A stretch of 54,705 nt of DNA from Actinomycetota bacterium. GTDB lineage: Bacteria > Actinomycetota > Actinomycetes > S36-B12. The DNA lies in contig WLOK01000002.1 in NCBI GenBank assembly GCA_009699315.1, forward strand, positions 1-54,705. The letters are read 5' to 3'. Each line of letters starts with the position of its first letter. Position 1 is the first letter of the stretch. This document shows positions 46,295-54,705 of the stretch, in pieces. The translations under genes were made by a program, and so were the position numbers. The notes beneath the pieces were generated by a model that did no database searches, was not told the origin of the DNA, and saw only the letters and a list, made by a program, of their open reading frames with translations.

Positions 46295-48136
46295 TCAGAC
46301 TCCGTGGACCTGTTCGCGTAGATCTCGTCGATAGGCCTCGACGGCCATGAGTTCGGCGAAAATTGCCGCGTGAATCTCTGGATCGGTTTCTGCGTCGGCT
46401 CGCTGCATGCGGCCACGCAGTTCGGTGATCATGCGCGTTGCCGACATCTCGAGTAGCCGAGCCACCATCGACGTGGCATAACGAGCATCGGCTCCCGCGT
46501 TGGAGGGCAGTGGCTCCACGGCGAGGGCTCGCACGTGCGAACGCACAGAATCATCCACGCACTCAGCCAACACCGCGTCAATCCACGCGAGATCGAGCAA
46601 CTCCAAGCGCGGACCGCCCGCAGCGGCAATAGCCACATGGATCGCTCGATAGTCCGGGTCGAGATAGGACTGATCCTCGACTGAGGCGTACCACGCAGAC
46701 ACTGCCTCGGGTTGCTGCAGCGCGCACTTGAGCGCCTCGCGCTCGACGGTGGCCTCTGGGCCGCTGGGGCGTGGGCGCTCATTGCGCTCCGGCGGCGCCA
46801 CGGGGGCCTGGGATCTGGCCGCAGTAGAGATCGCCTTGGTGACCGTTTCGACATCCATGCCCAGCCATCCCGCAAGCCGACGGCCGTATTCGGGTCGCAA
46901 CGCTGGATCGCGAATCTTGCCCACGACGGGCGCCGCATCGCGCAACGCAGCCACTCGGCCCTCTGCGGAATTGAGGTCGTACGTCGCAAGTGTCGAGCGA
47001 ATCGCAAACTCAAAAAGCGGGGTCCGGGATTCGATGAGTGCCACCACCGCAGGATCACCGTGCTGCTGGCGCAACTCACACGGATCGAGACCATTGGGCT
47101 CGACCGCTACGAAGGTTCCTGCAACGAAACGCTGATCGTCTTCGAAGGCCTTCAAGGCTGCGCGCTGACCGGCCGCATCACCGTCGAAGGTGAAAATGAC
47201 TTCACCACGCATGCGGTCATCGTCCATCAAGAGTCGGCGAAGCAACTTGATGTGTTCGGTGCCGAATGCCGTGCCACAGGTGGCGACAGCGGTAGTCACT
47301 CCGGCCACGTGACACGCCATGACATCGGTGTAGCCCTCGACTACGACAACGCGTTGTTCCTTGGAGATCTCTCGGCGCGCAAGATTGATGCCGTAGAGCA
47401 CACTGCTCTTCTTGTAGAGCGGCGTCTCAGGCGTGTTGAGGTACTTCGGCCCCTCGTCATCGTCATAGAGTTTGCGCGCACCGAAACCGACGACATCTCC
47501 CCCGAGATCGGCAATGGGCCACACCAGTCGCCCTCGGAAACGGTCATAGACGCCCCGACTGCCTTGTGACACCAAACCAGCAGCCATGATCTCGGCGTCG
47601 GTGAACCCCGACTTTCGCAAATGCGTGGTGAGCGCATCCCAGGACTTTGGCGCATAGCCCACACCGAAGTGTGTAATCGTCTCCGCGCCGAAGCCTCGCT
47701 CGGCTAGAAACGTACGGCCGGTCTGCGCCTCAGGTCCGGCTAACTGCCCCACGAAGTAGGCCGCCGCAATCTTGTTGGCTTCCACCAGACGAGTGCGCTG
47801 CCCCTGCTGACGGTTGACTGCAGTGCCGCCCTCGACATAGCGCAACTCGATGCCAGCGCGTGCTGCGAGTTTTTCGACTGACTCCGCGAAGGTCAGATGG
47901 TCGAGCTTTTGCACGAAGGAGATGACGTCGCCGCCCTCCTGGCAGCCGAAGCAGTAATACATGCCACGGCTGGGAGTGACATGGAAGGAGGGAGATCGCT
48001 CATCGTGGAATGGGCATAGCCCCTTAAGGCTTCCTCCGCCGGCGTTCTTCAGGGTGACGTATTCACGCACGACCTCATCGATGCGGGCCTGCTCGCGTAC
48101 AAGGGTGACGTCCTCGTCTCGAATGCGTCCGGCCAT
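46295..48136 (-). CDS. dnaG: DNA primase
   Basis: CPFHDERSPSFHV...YYCFGC zinc finger, EGYTDV TOPRIM segment, 613 aa. Confidence 0.93.
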   Translation of the reverse strand: MAGRIRDEDVTLVREQARIDEVVREYVTLKNAGGGSLKGLCPFHDERSPSFHVTPSRGMYYCFGCQEGGDVISFVQKLDHLTFAESVEKLAARAGIELRYVEGGTAVNRQQGQRTRLVEANKIAAAYFVGQLAGPEAQTGRTFLAERGFGAETITHFGVGYAPKSWDALTTHLRKSGFTDAEIMAAGLVSQGSRGVYDRFRGRLVWPIADLGGDVVGFGARKLYDDDEGPKYLNTPETPLYKKSSVLYGINLARREISKEQRVVVVEGYTDVMACHVAGVTTAVATCGTAFGTEHIKLLRRLLMDDDRMRGEVIFTFDGDAAGQRAALKAFEDDQRFVAGTFVAVEPNGLDPCELRQQHGDPAVVALIESRTPLFEFAIRSTLATYDLNSAEGRVAALRDAAPVVGKIRDPALRPEYGRRLAGWLGMDVETVTKAISTAARSQAPVAPPERNERPRPSGPEATVEREALKCALQQPEAVSAWYASVEDQSYLDPDYRAIHVAIAAAGGPRLELLDLAWIDAVLAECVDDSVRSHVRALAVEPLPSNAGADARYATSMVARLLEMSATRMITELRGRMQRADAETDPEIHAAIFAELMAVEAYRRDLREQVHGV

Positions 48137-48164
48137 GCCTGCATCGTAGGCGCTCGGCCAGCCC

Positions 48165-49385
48165 TCAGGGGCAGAGCCGCTCGTGCCAGTGGACGGCGCT
48201 CACGTCGGTGAGGCTGGCGACTTGGTCAATGATGACTCGGAGCCGCCCAGCATCGTCGGTGGCTGCCGCATAGTCCGGGGCTAGTGCTGGCTCGAGGTCT
48301 CGCCCCCCGCGGAGCACGAGGGCGGCCACGAGCTCCTGGAGCAGCTCCTGCTGGCGGGCATACATCTCATCGGCCCCCGGCCGGCGCATGACGTACTGCA
48401 TCGCGACGGCCTTGAGGATCGCGACCTCCGCCTCTGCCTCCGACGGGATGCGCAGATCGGCGGAGTAGCGCGTAAGGTCACGATCTCCGAACTCCACCCG
48501 GGTTGCGACCTCGGCGGCCGAACAGAACCGGCCGATCAGTTGCGAACTAAGGTCCTTCAGCGCCGCAAGGTGCGGCAAAGTCGCGTCATAGGTCCTCAAC
48601 CAACACGGCAACTCGATGAGACGCCCCCACGCGGCCTCAAGGTCACCAGCTGAGATGTGAGTCGCATAACTGCGTGACGCGAGTTGGATGACGACATCAC
48701 GCTCCTCTTGCGAGTCGAAGACACGCAGGTCAAGCAAGCCGGCGTGAATCGAGTCTTCGAGGTCGTGCACTGAGTAGGCCACGTCATCTGCCCAGTCCAT
48801 GACCTGGGTCTCTAGGCACCGACGCTCCCCCGGTGCGCCTTCGCGGGCCCAGTGAAACACGTCCATGTCGTCGGAATAGACGTTGAACTTGCGGGTGCCT
48901 TTACGACGGGGCCATGGGTACTTGCACACGCTGTCGAGCGCCGCGCGCGTGAGATTGAGTCCGGCGCTTCGGCCTTGAGCGTCGAAGATCTTCGCTTCGA
49001 GCCGAGTGAGCACGCGCAAGGACTGCGCATTGCCCTCGAAGCCACCGATGTCACTTGCCACAACATTTAGTGCGTCTTCACCATTGTGGCCGAACGGTGG
49101 ATGACCAAGATCGTGCGCGAGACCCGCAACATCGACAAGATCGGGATCGCAACCCAGTGAGGCGCCGATCTCGCGAGCGATCTGCGCGACCTCGAGGGTG
49201 TGCGTGAGGCGCGTACGCGGGAAGTCGGCTTCACCCGCCGATCGCACCTGGGTCTTCGCAGCGAGTCGACGCAAGCCCACCGAATGCAACACACGAGCGC
49301 GATCGCGAGCGAACTCCGTGCGCTGGAACCGCTTGATGGGTTCTTGGACGTAGCGCTCTACGTCTGCCTCGGTGTAGCCGTCCAC
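48165..49385 (-). CDS. dgt: dGTP triphosphohydrolase-like HD-domain protein
   Basis: RTRLTHTLEVAQI, HDLGHPPFGH and DWADDVAY motifs. Confidence 0.9.
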   Translation of the reverse strand: MDGYTEADVERYVQEPIKRFQRTEFARDRARVLHSVGLRRLAAKTQVRSAGEADFPRTRLTHTLEVAQIAREIGASLGCDPDLVDVAGLAHDLGHPPFGHNGEDALNVVASDIGGFEGNAQSLRVLTRLEAKIFDAQGRSAGLNLTRAALDSVCKYPWPRRKGTRKFNVYSDDMDVFHWAREGAPGERRCLETQVMDWADDVAYSVHDLEDSIHAGLLDLRVFDSQEERDVVIQLASRSYATHISAGDLEAAWGRLIELPCWLRTYDATLPHLAALKDLSSQLIGRFCSAAEVATRVEFGDRDLTRYSADLRIPSEAEAEVAILKAVAMQYVMRRPGADEMYARQQELLQELVAALVLRGGRDLEPALAPDYAAATDDAGRLRVIIDQVASLTDVSAVHWHERLCP

Positions 49386-50525
49386 TTAACCCCCCGACAC
49401 GGACAACTCGGCGTGACGAAGTTCGGCAGTTGCCATTTCATCCACGTACGGACTATCCAACCACCCGTCGGGCAGGGTGGGTGGTCGTTCGCCACCCGTG
49501 CGTCCACGCGGTCCGGCAAGAACTTCTGAGTTGGCTTCCTGATCGATATCGATCTGACTGAGTAGGTCATCGAGTTCGGCGAGGGTGAACACCATGCTGA
49601 GAGCGTGGCGGATCTGCTGTCGCACGCTAAAGCCCTTGAGGTACCACGCCATGTGCTTGCGCATATCGCGGCAGCCCTTACCTTCGCCGTAGTCGATCGA
49701 CAACAACTCCGCATGGCGCTTCAGTGTGGCCAGGACATGCCGCAAATCGGGGTCAGGTGCGACGGGTTCGCCCGCGAAGGCTTGGGCAAGTTGTCCGAAG
49801 AGCCACGGGCGTCCCAGACAGCCACGCCCGACGACCACACCGGCGCACCCGGTTGTCTCCACCATGCGCAACGCATCTGCTGCGGTCCAGATGTCGCCAT
49901 TGCCGAGCACGGGCGTGCCGAGTGGTGCGAGATGGTCGACCAACCGTGCAATCGTGTCCCAGTCGGCGCGACCTGAGTACATCTGCGAAGCCGTGCGCGC
50001 GTGCAACGCGACCCACGCAACACCCTCTTCGGCGGCCGCTTGCCCCGCGTCGAGGTAGGTGATGTGATCGGCGTCAACTCCCACGCGCATCTTCACCGTG
50101 ACGGGCACCCGACCATCAGCGGCCTTAACAACCGAGGCCACGATCGCCCGAAAGAGATCGCGCTTCCACGGCAATGCACTGCCGCCGCCTCGCCGGGTCA
50201 CCTTGGGCACCGGGCAGCCGAAGTTCATGTCAATGTGATCGCACCGATCCTCGTCAAGGAGCAGCCGCACCGCCTCGCCCATCACGTATGGGTCCACTCC
50301 ATAAAGCTGCACGGAGCGAGGTGATTCATCTGGGCCAAAGGTGACCATGTCGAGTGTCTCGGCATTGCGCTCAATCAACGCCCGCGAAGTCACCATCTCC
50401 GAAACGTAGAGACCTGCCCCTGCTTCACGGCAAAGTCGCCGAAACGCCCGGTTAGTGATCCCCGCCATAGGGGCCAGCACGACGGGCGGATCCACCGTCA
50501 AGGCCCCGGCACGGAGTAGCGTCAC
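49386..50525 (-). CDS. dusB: tRNA dihydrouridine synthase
   Basis: LAPMAGITNRAFR and IDMNFGCP motifs. GTG 50525 follows GGGAGA and leaves room for the divergent MFS promoter. Confidence 0.85.
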   Translation of the reverse strand: MTLLRAGALTVDPPVVLAPMAGITNRAFRRLCREAGAGLYVSEMVTSRALIERNAETLDMVTFGPDESPRSVQLYGVDPYVMGEAVRLLLDEDRCDHIDMNFGCPVPKVTRRGGGSALPWKRDLFRAIVASVVKAADGRVPVTVKMRVGVDADHITYLDAGQAAAEEGVAWVALHARTASQMYSGRADWDTIARLVDHLAPLGTPVLGNGDIWTAADALRMVETTGCAGVVVGRGCLGRPWLFGQLAQAFAGEPVAPDPDLRHVLATLKRHAELLSIDYGEGKGCRDMRKHMAWYLKGFSVRQQIRHALSMVFTLAELDDLLSQIDIDQEANSEVLAGPRGRTGGERPPTLPDGWLDSPYVDEMATAELRHAELSVSGG

Positions 50526-50573
50526 CAGAGGATTCTCCCTCAACGACCGTTGGGGCAGATGCAGGAGGTACAC

Positions 50574-52190
50574 ATGTCGACCGCAGCGGGCACGATTTTG
50601 ACCGGAAAGCGTCGTTGGTTTGCCCTGGTACCCGTCGCGGTCGGCGTCGCGATGATCATTCTCGATGCGACTGTGGTCAATGTTGTCCTACCCACACTCA
50701 TCAAGGAAGTCGGCCTCACCACGACTGATGCCGAATGGGTCACCGCGGCATACTCGCTCACCTTCGCGTCACTGCTCATTGTTGCCGGGCGTCTTGCTGA
50801 CAGATTCGGTAGGCGCCTGATCTTCGTGATCGGTCTGGTGGTCTTTGTCGTCTCGAGCGTGCTGGTTGCGATGTCCGATAGCCCAGTGAGCATTATTGGA
50901 GCTCGCGCGTTGCAGGGCGTAGGCGCCGCGATGATCCTGCCGTCTTCGCTGTCGATCCTTAATTCCGTTTTCGTGGGCAAGTCACGTGCCGCGGCCTTCG
51001 CAGTGTGGGGCGCGACGATCGGCGGCATGGCGGCAATGGGCCCACTTGTTGGCGGCTGGCTGACGACAGACTTCTCGTGGCACTGGGCGTTCTTGATCAA
51101 CGTACCGATCGGCGTCGTGGTCTTGATCGGTGCGCTCGTCTTCGTACCGGAGACCAGAGACAAGGCTTCTGCGAATGGCGCGGACGTCCTCGGCATCGTG
51201 TTCTCCACTCTCGGACTCCTTGGCGTCGTATTCGCGCTCATTGAGGGCCAACGCTACGGCTGGATCATCGCCACTCAAGAATTCACGGCCGGGCCCATCA
51301 CCTGGAGCGCAGGCACAATATCGATCGTTTTTGTCTCGCTGATCGTCGGTATAGCGAGTCTCGTTGCTTTGCTCTTCGTTGAGCGCTCACGCGTCGCGTC
51401 GGGCAAGGCAGTTATCTTCGACCTAAGACTGTTCAAGATCCGTTCCTTCGCTGCGGGCAACGTGGTCGCACTCGTCGTAAGTCTCGGCGAGTTTGGTCTG
51501 CTGTTCACATTGCCGCTCTTCTTGCAGTCTGTGCGCGCCTACACAGCACTAGAAACTGGCGTCATCCTGCTTGCTCTAGCCGTTGGCTCCTTCGTGGCTT
51601 CGGGCGCTGGTGCGGCAATGGCACAGCGCATTGGTCCGGTGCGTGTTCTTCAGATCGGCATGGCGTTGGAGGCGCTAGGCATCATCGGCTTGGGCTTTGC
51701 TATCTCCACGACTGTCGGCGGTTGGGGTCTGGTGCCGTGGCTGTTCCTCTATGGCCTTGGTGTGGGGTTCGCAACCGCCCAACTCACCGGTGTCATTCTC
51801 TCCGAAACTCCCGTGGCTCAATCTGGTCAAGCTTCCGCAATGCAATCGACTTCACGTCAGGTTGGCGCCGCCATTGGCACCGCAATCCTTGGCACGACGC
51901 TGCTGCTCGGATTGGGGCACTTCGTCAACAATGACCTGCAAGATGCCGGCGTCCCGTCTGCTCAAGCCGAGCAGATCACCCAAGTGGTGGCATCAAGTGC
52001 TGGTCAGGCAATCCCTGGTCTCGGCGACCCGGTGATCGTTGAAGCAGCTTCGCAAGGCTTCTCGTCAGCCACGAAGACCGTCTCCCTCGTCGCGGCGATC
52101 TTCGTCTCGCTCGGGTTGCTTGCGAGCTTCTTGCTCCCCCGCAATGCGGCGCGCATCAGAGCTGAGGGTTACGAGCCACCCAAGGGATAA
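50574..52190 (+). CDS. MFS transporter, DHA2 (EmrB/QacA, 14-TM) family
   Basis: ATG follows AGGAGG. LDATVVNVVLPTL and GRLADRFGRR motifs. About 14 TM helices. Confidence 0.85.
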   Translation: MSTAAGTILTGKRRWFALVPVAVGVAMIILDATVVNVVLPTLIKEVGLTTTDAEWVTAAYSLTFASLLIVAGRLADRFGRRLIFVIGLVVFVVSSVLVAMSDSPVSIIGARALQGVGAAMILPSSLSILNSVFVGKSRAAAFAVWGATIGGMAAMGPLVGGWLTTDFSWHWAFLINVPIGVVVLIGALVFVPETRDKASANGADVLGIVFSTLGLLGVVFALIEGQRYGWIIATQEFTAGPITWSAGTISIVFVSLIVGIASLVALLFVERSRVASGKAVIFDLRLFKIRSFAAGNVVALVVSLGEFGLLFTLPLFLQSVRAYTALETGVILLALAVGSFVASGAGAAMAQRIGPVRVLQIGMALEALGIIGLGFAISTTVGGWGLVPWLFLYGLGVGFATAQLTGVILSETPVAQSGQASAMQSTSRQVGAAIGTAILGTTLLLGLGHFVNNDLQDAGVPSAQAEQITQVVASSAGQAIPGLGDPVIVEAASQGFSSATKTVSLVAAIFVSLGLLASFLLPRNAARIRAEGYEPPKG

Positions 52191-52223
52191 CCTGTCCTCC
52201 TCGCCTACGTGAAGGAGTTTCCC

Positions 52224-52883
52224 ATGGTCAAGTCTCGACGGTCCGTCATCCTCATCGCCGCTGGTGCTGCGGTCCTTATCGCTGTGACTTCGGCATCATC
52301 TGCGGTCGCCACCCGAATGATCACTGGCGCAGACATCCAGAATCACACGATCACCGGCAAAGACCTCAAGGCCGGAACCATCGCCCTCGAACACCTTGAT
52401 CGCACGAGTGTGAGAGCAGGACATGTGCACCATTCGCGCGAGGCGTTCGTCGTCGGACGAGGCGCGTCAAAGTCTAAGGTCACTCGAGACAGCAACTCGA
52501 GTGTCAGGCTAAACAACTTTGCCATGACCCGCATCGCCGCCGTGACCTCGCTGCCCGTGGGGACCTACACCGTGGTTGTCGGGGGCTCGGTACAGACGAC
52601 CGTTGTCATGGACCAGAGCAAAAAGTATTACCCTTCATCCGTCTGGTGCACACTTAATGCCCTGGGCACTCAGGTGGCTATGCAGGGATACGGTTCGTCG
52701 CCTAACGCCGCCACCAACTACAACCCCACCGTCGCAATGACTCGCGTGGTGACCCTCACTTCACCTGGCGACATCTCCGTGGCGTGCGAGATCGCCAGTT
52801 CCCTCTCGGGTTACAACGGCACTGCTGGCAACGCACTCATCGATCTGGTGGCGTTCCCGGCGACGTCCTCTAGCGAGGGATAA
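52224..52883 (+). CDS. Exported hypothetical protein
   Basis: ATG follows GAAGGAG. Signal segment SVILIAAGAAVLIAVTSASSAVA. No recognisable motif. Confidence 0.5.
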   Translation: MVKSRRSVILIAAGAAVLIAVTSASSAVATRMITGADIQNHTITGKDLKAGTIALEHLDRTSVRAGHVHHSREAFVVGRGASKSKVTRDSNSSVRLNNFAMTRIAAVTSLPVGTYTVVVGGSVQTTVVMDQSKKYYPSSVWCTLNALGTQVAMQGYGSSPNAATNYNPTVAMTRVVTLTSPGDISVACEIASSLSGYNGTAGNALIDLVAFPATSSSEG

Positions 52884-52888
52884 CGGAT

Positions 52889-53575
52889 TCAGGCTGGGGC
52901 ATGCGCAACGAAGGCGACGCGCTCGCCCCAGCCGGTTTCACTGGCGTCGAGTTCATCGACCTCGGCAAAGCCCGCTGCACGCAAACGATCAACCCAGACA
53001 TACTGAGGGAACAGACCGATGTCGTGTGACTCCTCAATGACGCGGTCTCCCACGGTCACGGTGAAGTCGATACGAATGCCACCTTCGCGCTCGCAGTAAC
53101 GCGCTTCGTAGTGAACGTCACCTGAGCCGCCGGTCATGACGGAGGGCTGCCAGTAATCAGCGAGGTGGTCGGGCACGACGAGCAACATGCCGCCGGGCCG
53201 CAGGTGCTTGCGTGCCGTACGGAACGCCGCGTCCATTTGATCGGTGTCGAGGATGTAGTCGGCCGCATCATGGATCAAGACCGCATCAAAATCCCGGCCC
53301 AGATTGGCCTTGAACATATCCGCGACCTTGTTGTCGCACATCGGGTTGCGTCGTCGTGACATGTCGACCATCTCCGGCGAGATGTCCGTCAGCGTCATGG
53401 TGAAGTCATCACGTAGGTGATACGACAGATGACCGCCGCCGCACCCAAACTCCAGAATCTCGTGGGCCTTCCCGGCCTTGAGAATTCCAGCAATGAATCG
53501 ACCTTCGTCTTCGTATGCGTTGACCGGGGAGATGATCGGCCAGTACTGCGCTAGCTCTCCGTAGAGCGCTGACAT
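52889..53575 (-). CDS. Class I SAM-dependent methyltransferase
   Basis: ILEFGCGGGHLS motif I. The ATG overlaps the glyQS TAA by 1 nt (TAATG). Confidence 0.8.
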   Translation of the reverse strand: MSALYGELAQYWPIISPVNAYEDEGRFIAGILKAGKAHEILEFGCGGGHLSYHLRDDFTMTLTDISPEMVDMSRRRNPMCDNKVADMFKANLGRDFDAVLIHDAADYILDTDQMDAAFRTARKHLRPGGMLLVVPDHLADYWQPSVMTGGSGDVHYEARYCEREGGIRIDFTVTVGDRVIEESHDIGLFPQYVWVDRLRAAGFAEVDELDASETGWGERVAFVAHAPA

Positions 53576-54705
53576 TAAAACGCTGGCAAGCGAGAGGACA
53601 GCCAACCTTGCACTGCATCAAGGCCAATGCGCTCCTGCGACATGGCGTCACGGTCACGCACAGTGACCGCCTGGTCCTCGAGAGTGTCAAAGTCGACAGT
53701 CACACAAAATGGTGTGCCGATCTCATCCTGACGACGGTAACGCCGTCCGATTGCACCCGCATCATCGAAGTCGACATTCCAGCGCTTGCGCAACTGCGCA
53801 GCCAGATCGCGCGCTTTCGGCGAGAGATCGGCATGACGCGACAGCGGCAGGACAGCGACTTTGACCGGCGACAGACGTGGATCAAGACGCAACACCGTGC
53901 GGACGTCGACGCCACCTTTGGAGTTGGGTGCCTCGTCCTCGTCGTAGGCATCCAGCAAGAACGCCAACACGCAGCGAGTCAGCCCCGCAGCGGGCTCAAT
54001 GACGTAGGGCACCCAACGCTCATTGGCGTCCTGATCGAAGTAGGACAGATCAACGCCGCTATTCTCGCCATGCGAAGTCAGGTCGAAGTCAGTGCGGTTG
54101 GCAATGCCTTCAAGTTCGGCCCACTCAGACCCAGCGAAGCGGAAGCGGTATTCGATGTCGACCGTGCGCTTAGAGTAGTGACTGAGTTTCTCCTTGGGGT
54201 GCTCGAAGAAGCGCATGTTGTCGGGGTTCATGCCGAGTTCTGTGTACCAATCCCAGCGGGCCTTGAGCCAGTATTCGTGCCACTCCTCATCAGAACCCGG
54301 CTTGACGAAGAACTCCATCTCCATCTGCTCGAACTCACGGGTACGGAAGATGAAGTTGCCGGGCGTGATCTCGTTGCGGAAGCTCTTGCCGGTCTGGCCG
54401 ATGCCAAACGGCGGCTTCTTGCGGGAGGAGTTGAGCACGTTGAGGTAGTTGACGAAGATGCCTTGCGCAGTCTCGGGCCGCAGGTAATGCATCGACGATG
54501 CATCTTCCACCGGTCCGACGGTGGTCCTGAGCATGCCGTTGAAGTCGCGCGGCTCAGTGAAGTCACCAGTCGTTCCGCAGTTGGTGCAGACGATGACAGA
54601 AAGGCCTTCAGCAGGCTTTCCGTGCTTTTCTTCGTATGCGTCGAGCAGTTGATCTGCTCGCCAGCGCTTGTGGCACTTCTTGCACTCAGTCAGCGGGTCG
54701 GTGAA
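53575..54705 (-). CDS. glyQS: Glycine--tRNA ligase (class II, dimeric GlyQS type); 5' end outside the window
   Basis: The frame stays open to the window edge. FNLMF-type region, [17 protein letters not shown] and [11 protein letters not shown] motifs. Confidence 0.92.
   Translation of the reverse strand, partial: FTDPLTECKKCHKRWRADQLLDAYEEKHGKPAEGLSVIVCTNCGTTGDFTEPRDFNGMLRTTVGPVEDASSMHYLRPETAQGIFVNYLNVLNSSRKKPPFGIGQTGKSFRNEITPGNFIFRTREFEQMEMEFFVKPGSDEEWHEYWLKARWDWYTELGMNPDNMRFFEHPKEKLSHYSKRTVDIEYRFRFAGSEWAELEGIANRTDFDLTSHGENSGVDLSYFDQDANERWVPYVIEPAAGLTRCVLAFLLDAYDEDEAPNSKGGVDVRTVLRLDPRLSPVKVAVLPLSRHADLSPKARDLAAQLRKRWNVDFDDAGAIGRRYRRQDEIGTPFCVTVDFDTLEDQAVTVRDRDAMSQERIGLDAVQGWLSSRLPAF

Noticed and set aside
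46712-47569. 285-aa plus-strand ORF inside dnaG; also 50540-51241 (-) inside the MFS gene, 28774-29424 (-) inside argG and 16600-17430 (-) in an alternative frame of mshC
   Set aside because: All are antisense or alternative-frame ORFs inside genes with strong family signatures. Their composition is typical of GC-rich non-coding frames.

Overview
High-GC Actinomycetota chromosomal segment with about 60 genes. The core gene order parallels the Mycobacterium tuberculosis Rv2228c-Rv2247 neighbourhood: RNase H/phosphatase fusion, DUF164 zinc ribbon, Nif3, tRNA-Val, DUF3052, aceE, then fabD-fabH-acpP-fabF-accD6. RNase P RNA, mshC, ung, argG, dnaG-dgt-dusB and glyQS are also present. Several less ordinary blocks are embedded in this core. 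(1) A six-gene, translationally coupled heme-copper oxidase operon led by a membrane cupredoxin with a CxxxC site, divergent from ctaG-tlpA. (2) A FabD carrying a C-terminal biotinyl/lipoyl-like domain without the modifiable lysine. (3) A more AT-rich stretch (about 29.9-38.9 kb) ending at tRNA-Met. It holds a secreted pentapeptide-repeat protein, a RibD_C/divergent DHPS-like/FkbM/TauE cluster, and a GT-C / SGNH / AT3-SGNH glycan-modification operon containing a partial, frameshifted duplication. (4) A Tat-signal flavin amine oxidase between tRNA-Met and tRNA-Asn that looks circularly permuted. (5) A 1725-aa secreted protein made of three tandem [FN3 + 7 RCC1 blades] modules plus two FN3 domains, with a 21-bp-phased direct repeat in its promoter region. 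No integrase, transposase, CRISPR array or recognisable defence system was seen. All calls come from reading the sequence and ORF translations and from remembered family signatures. Start codons are best guesses and no database search was run.
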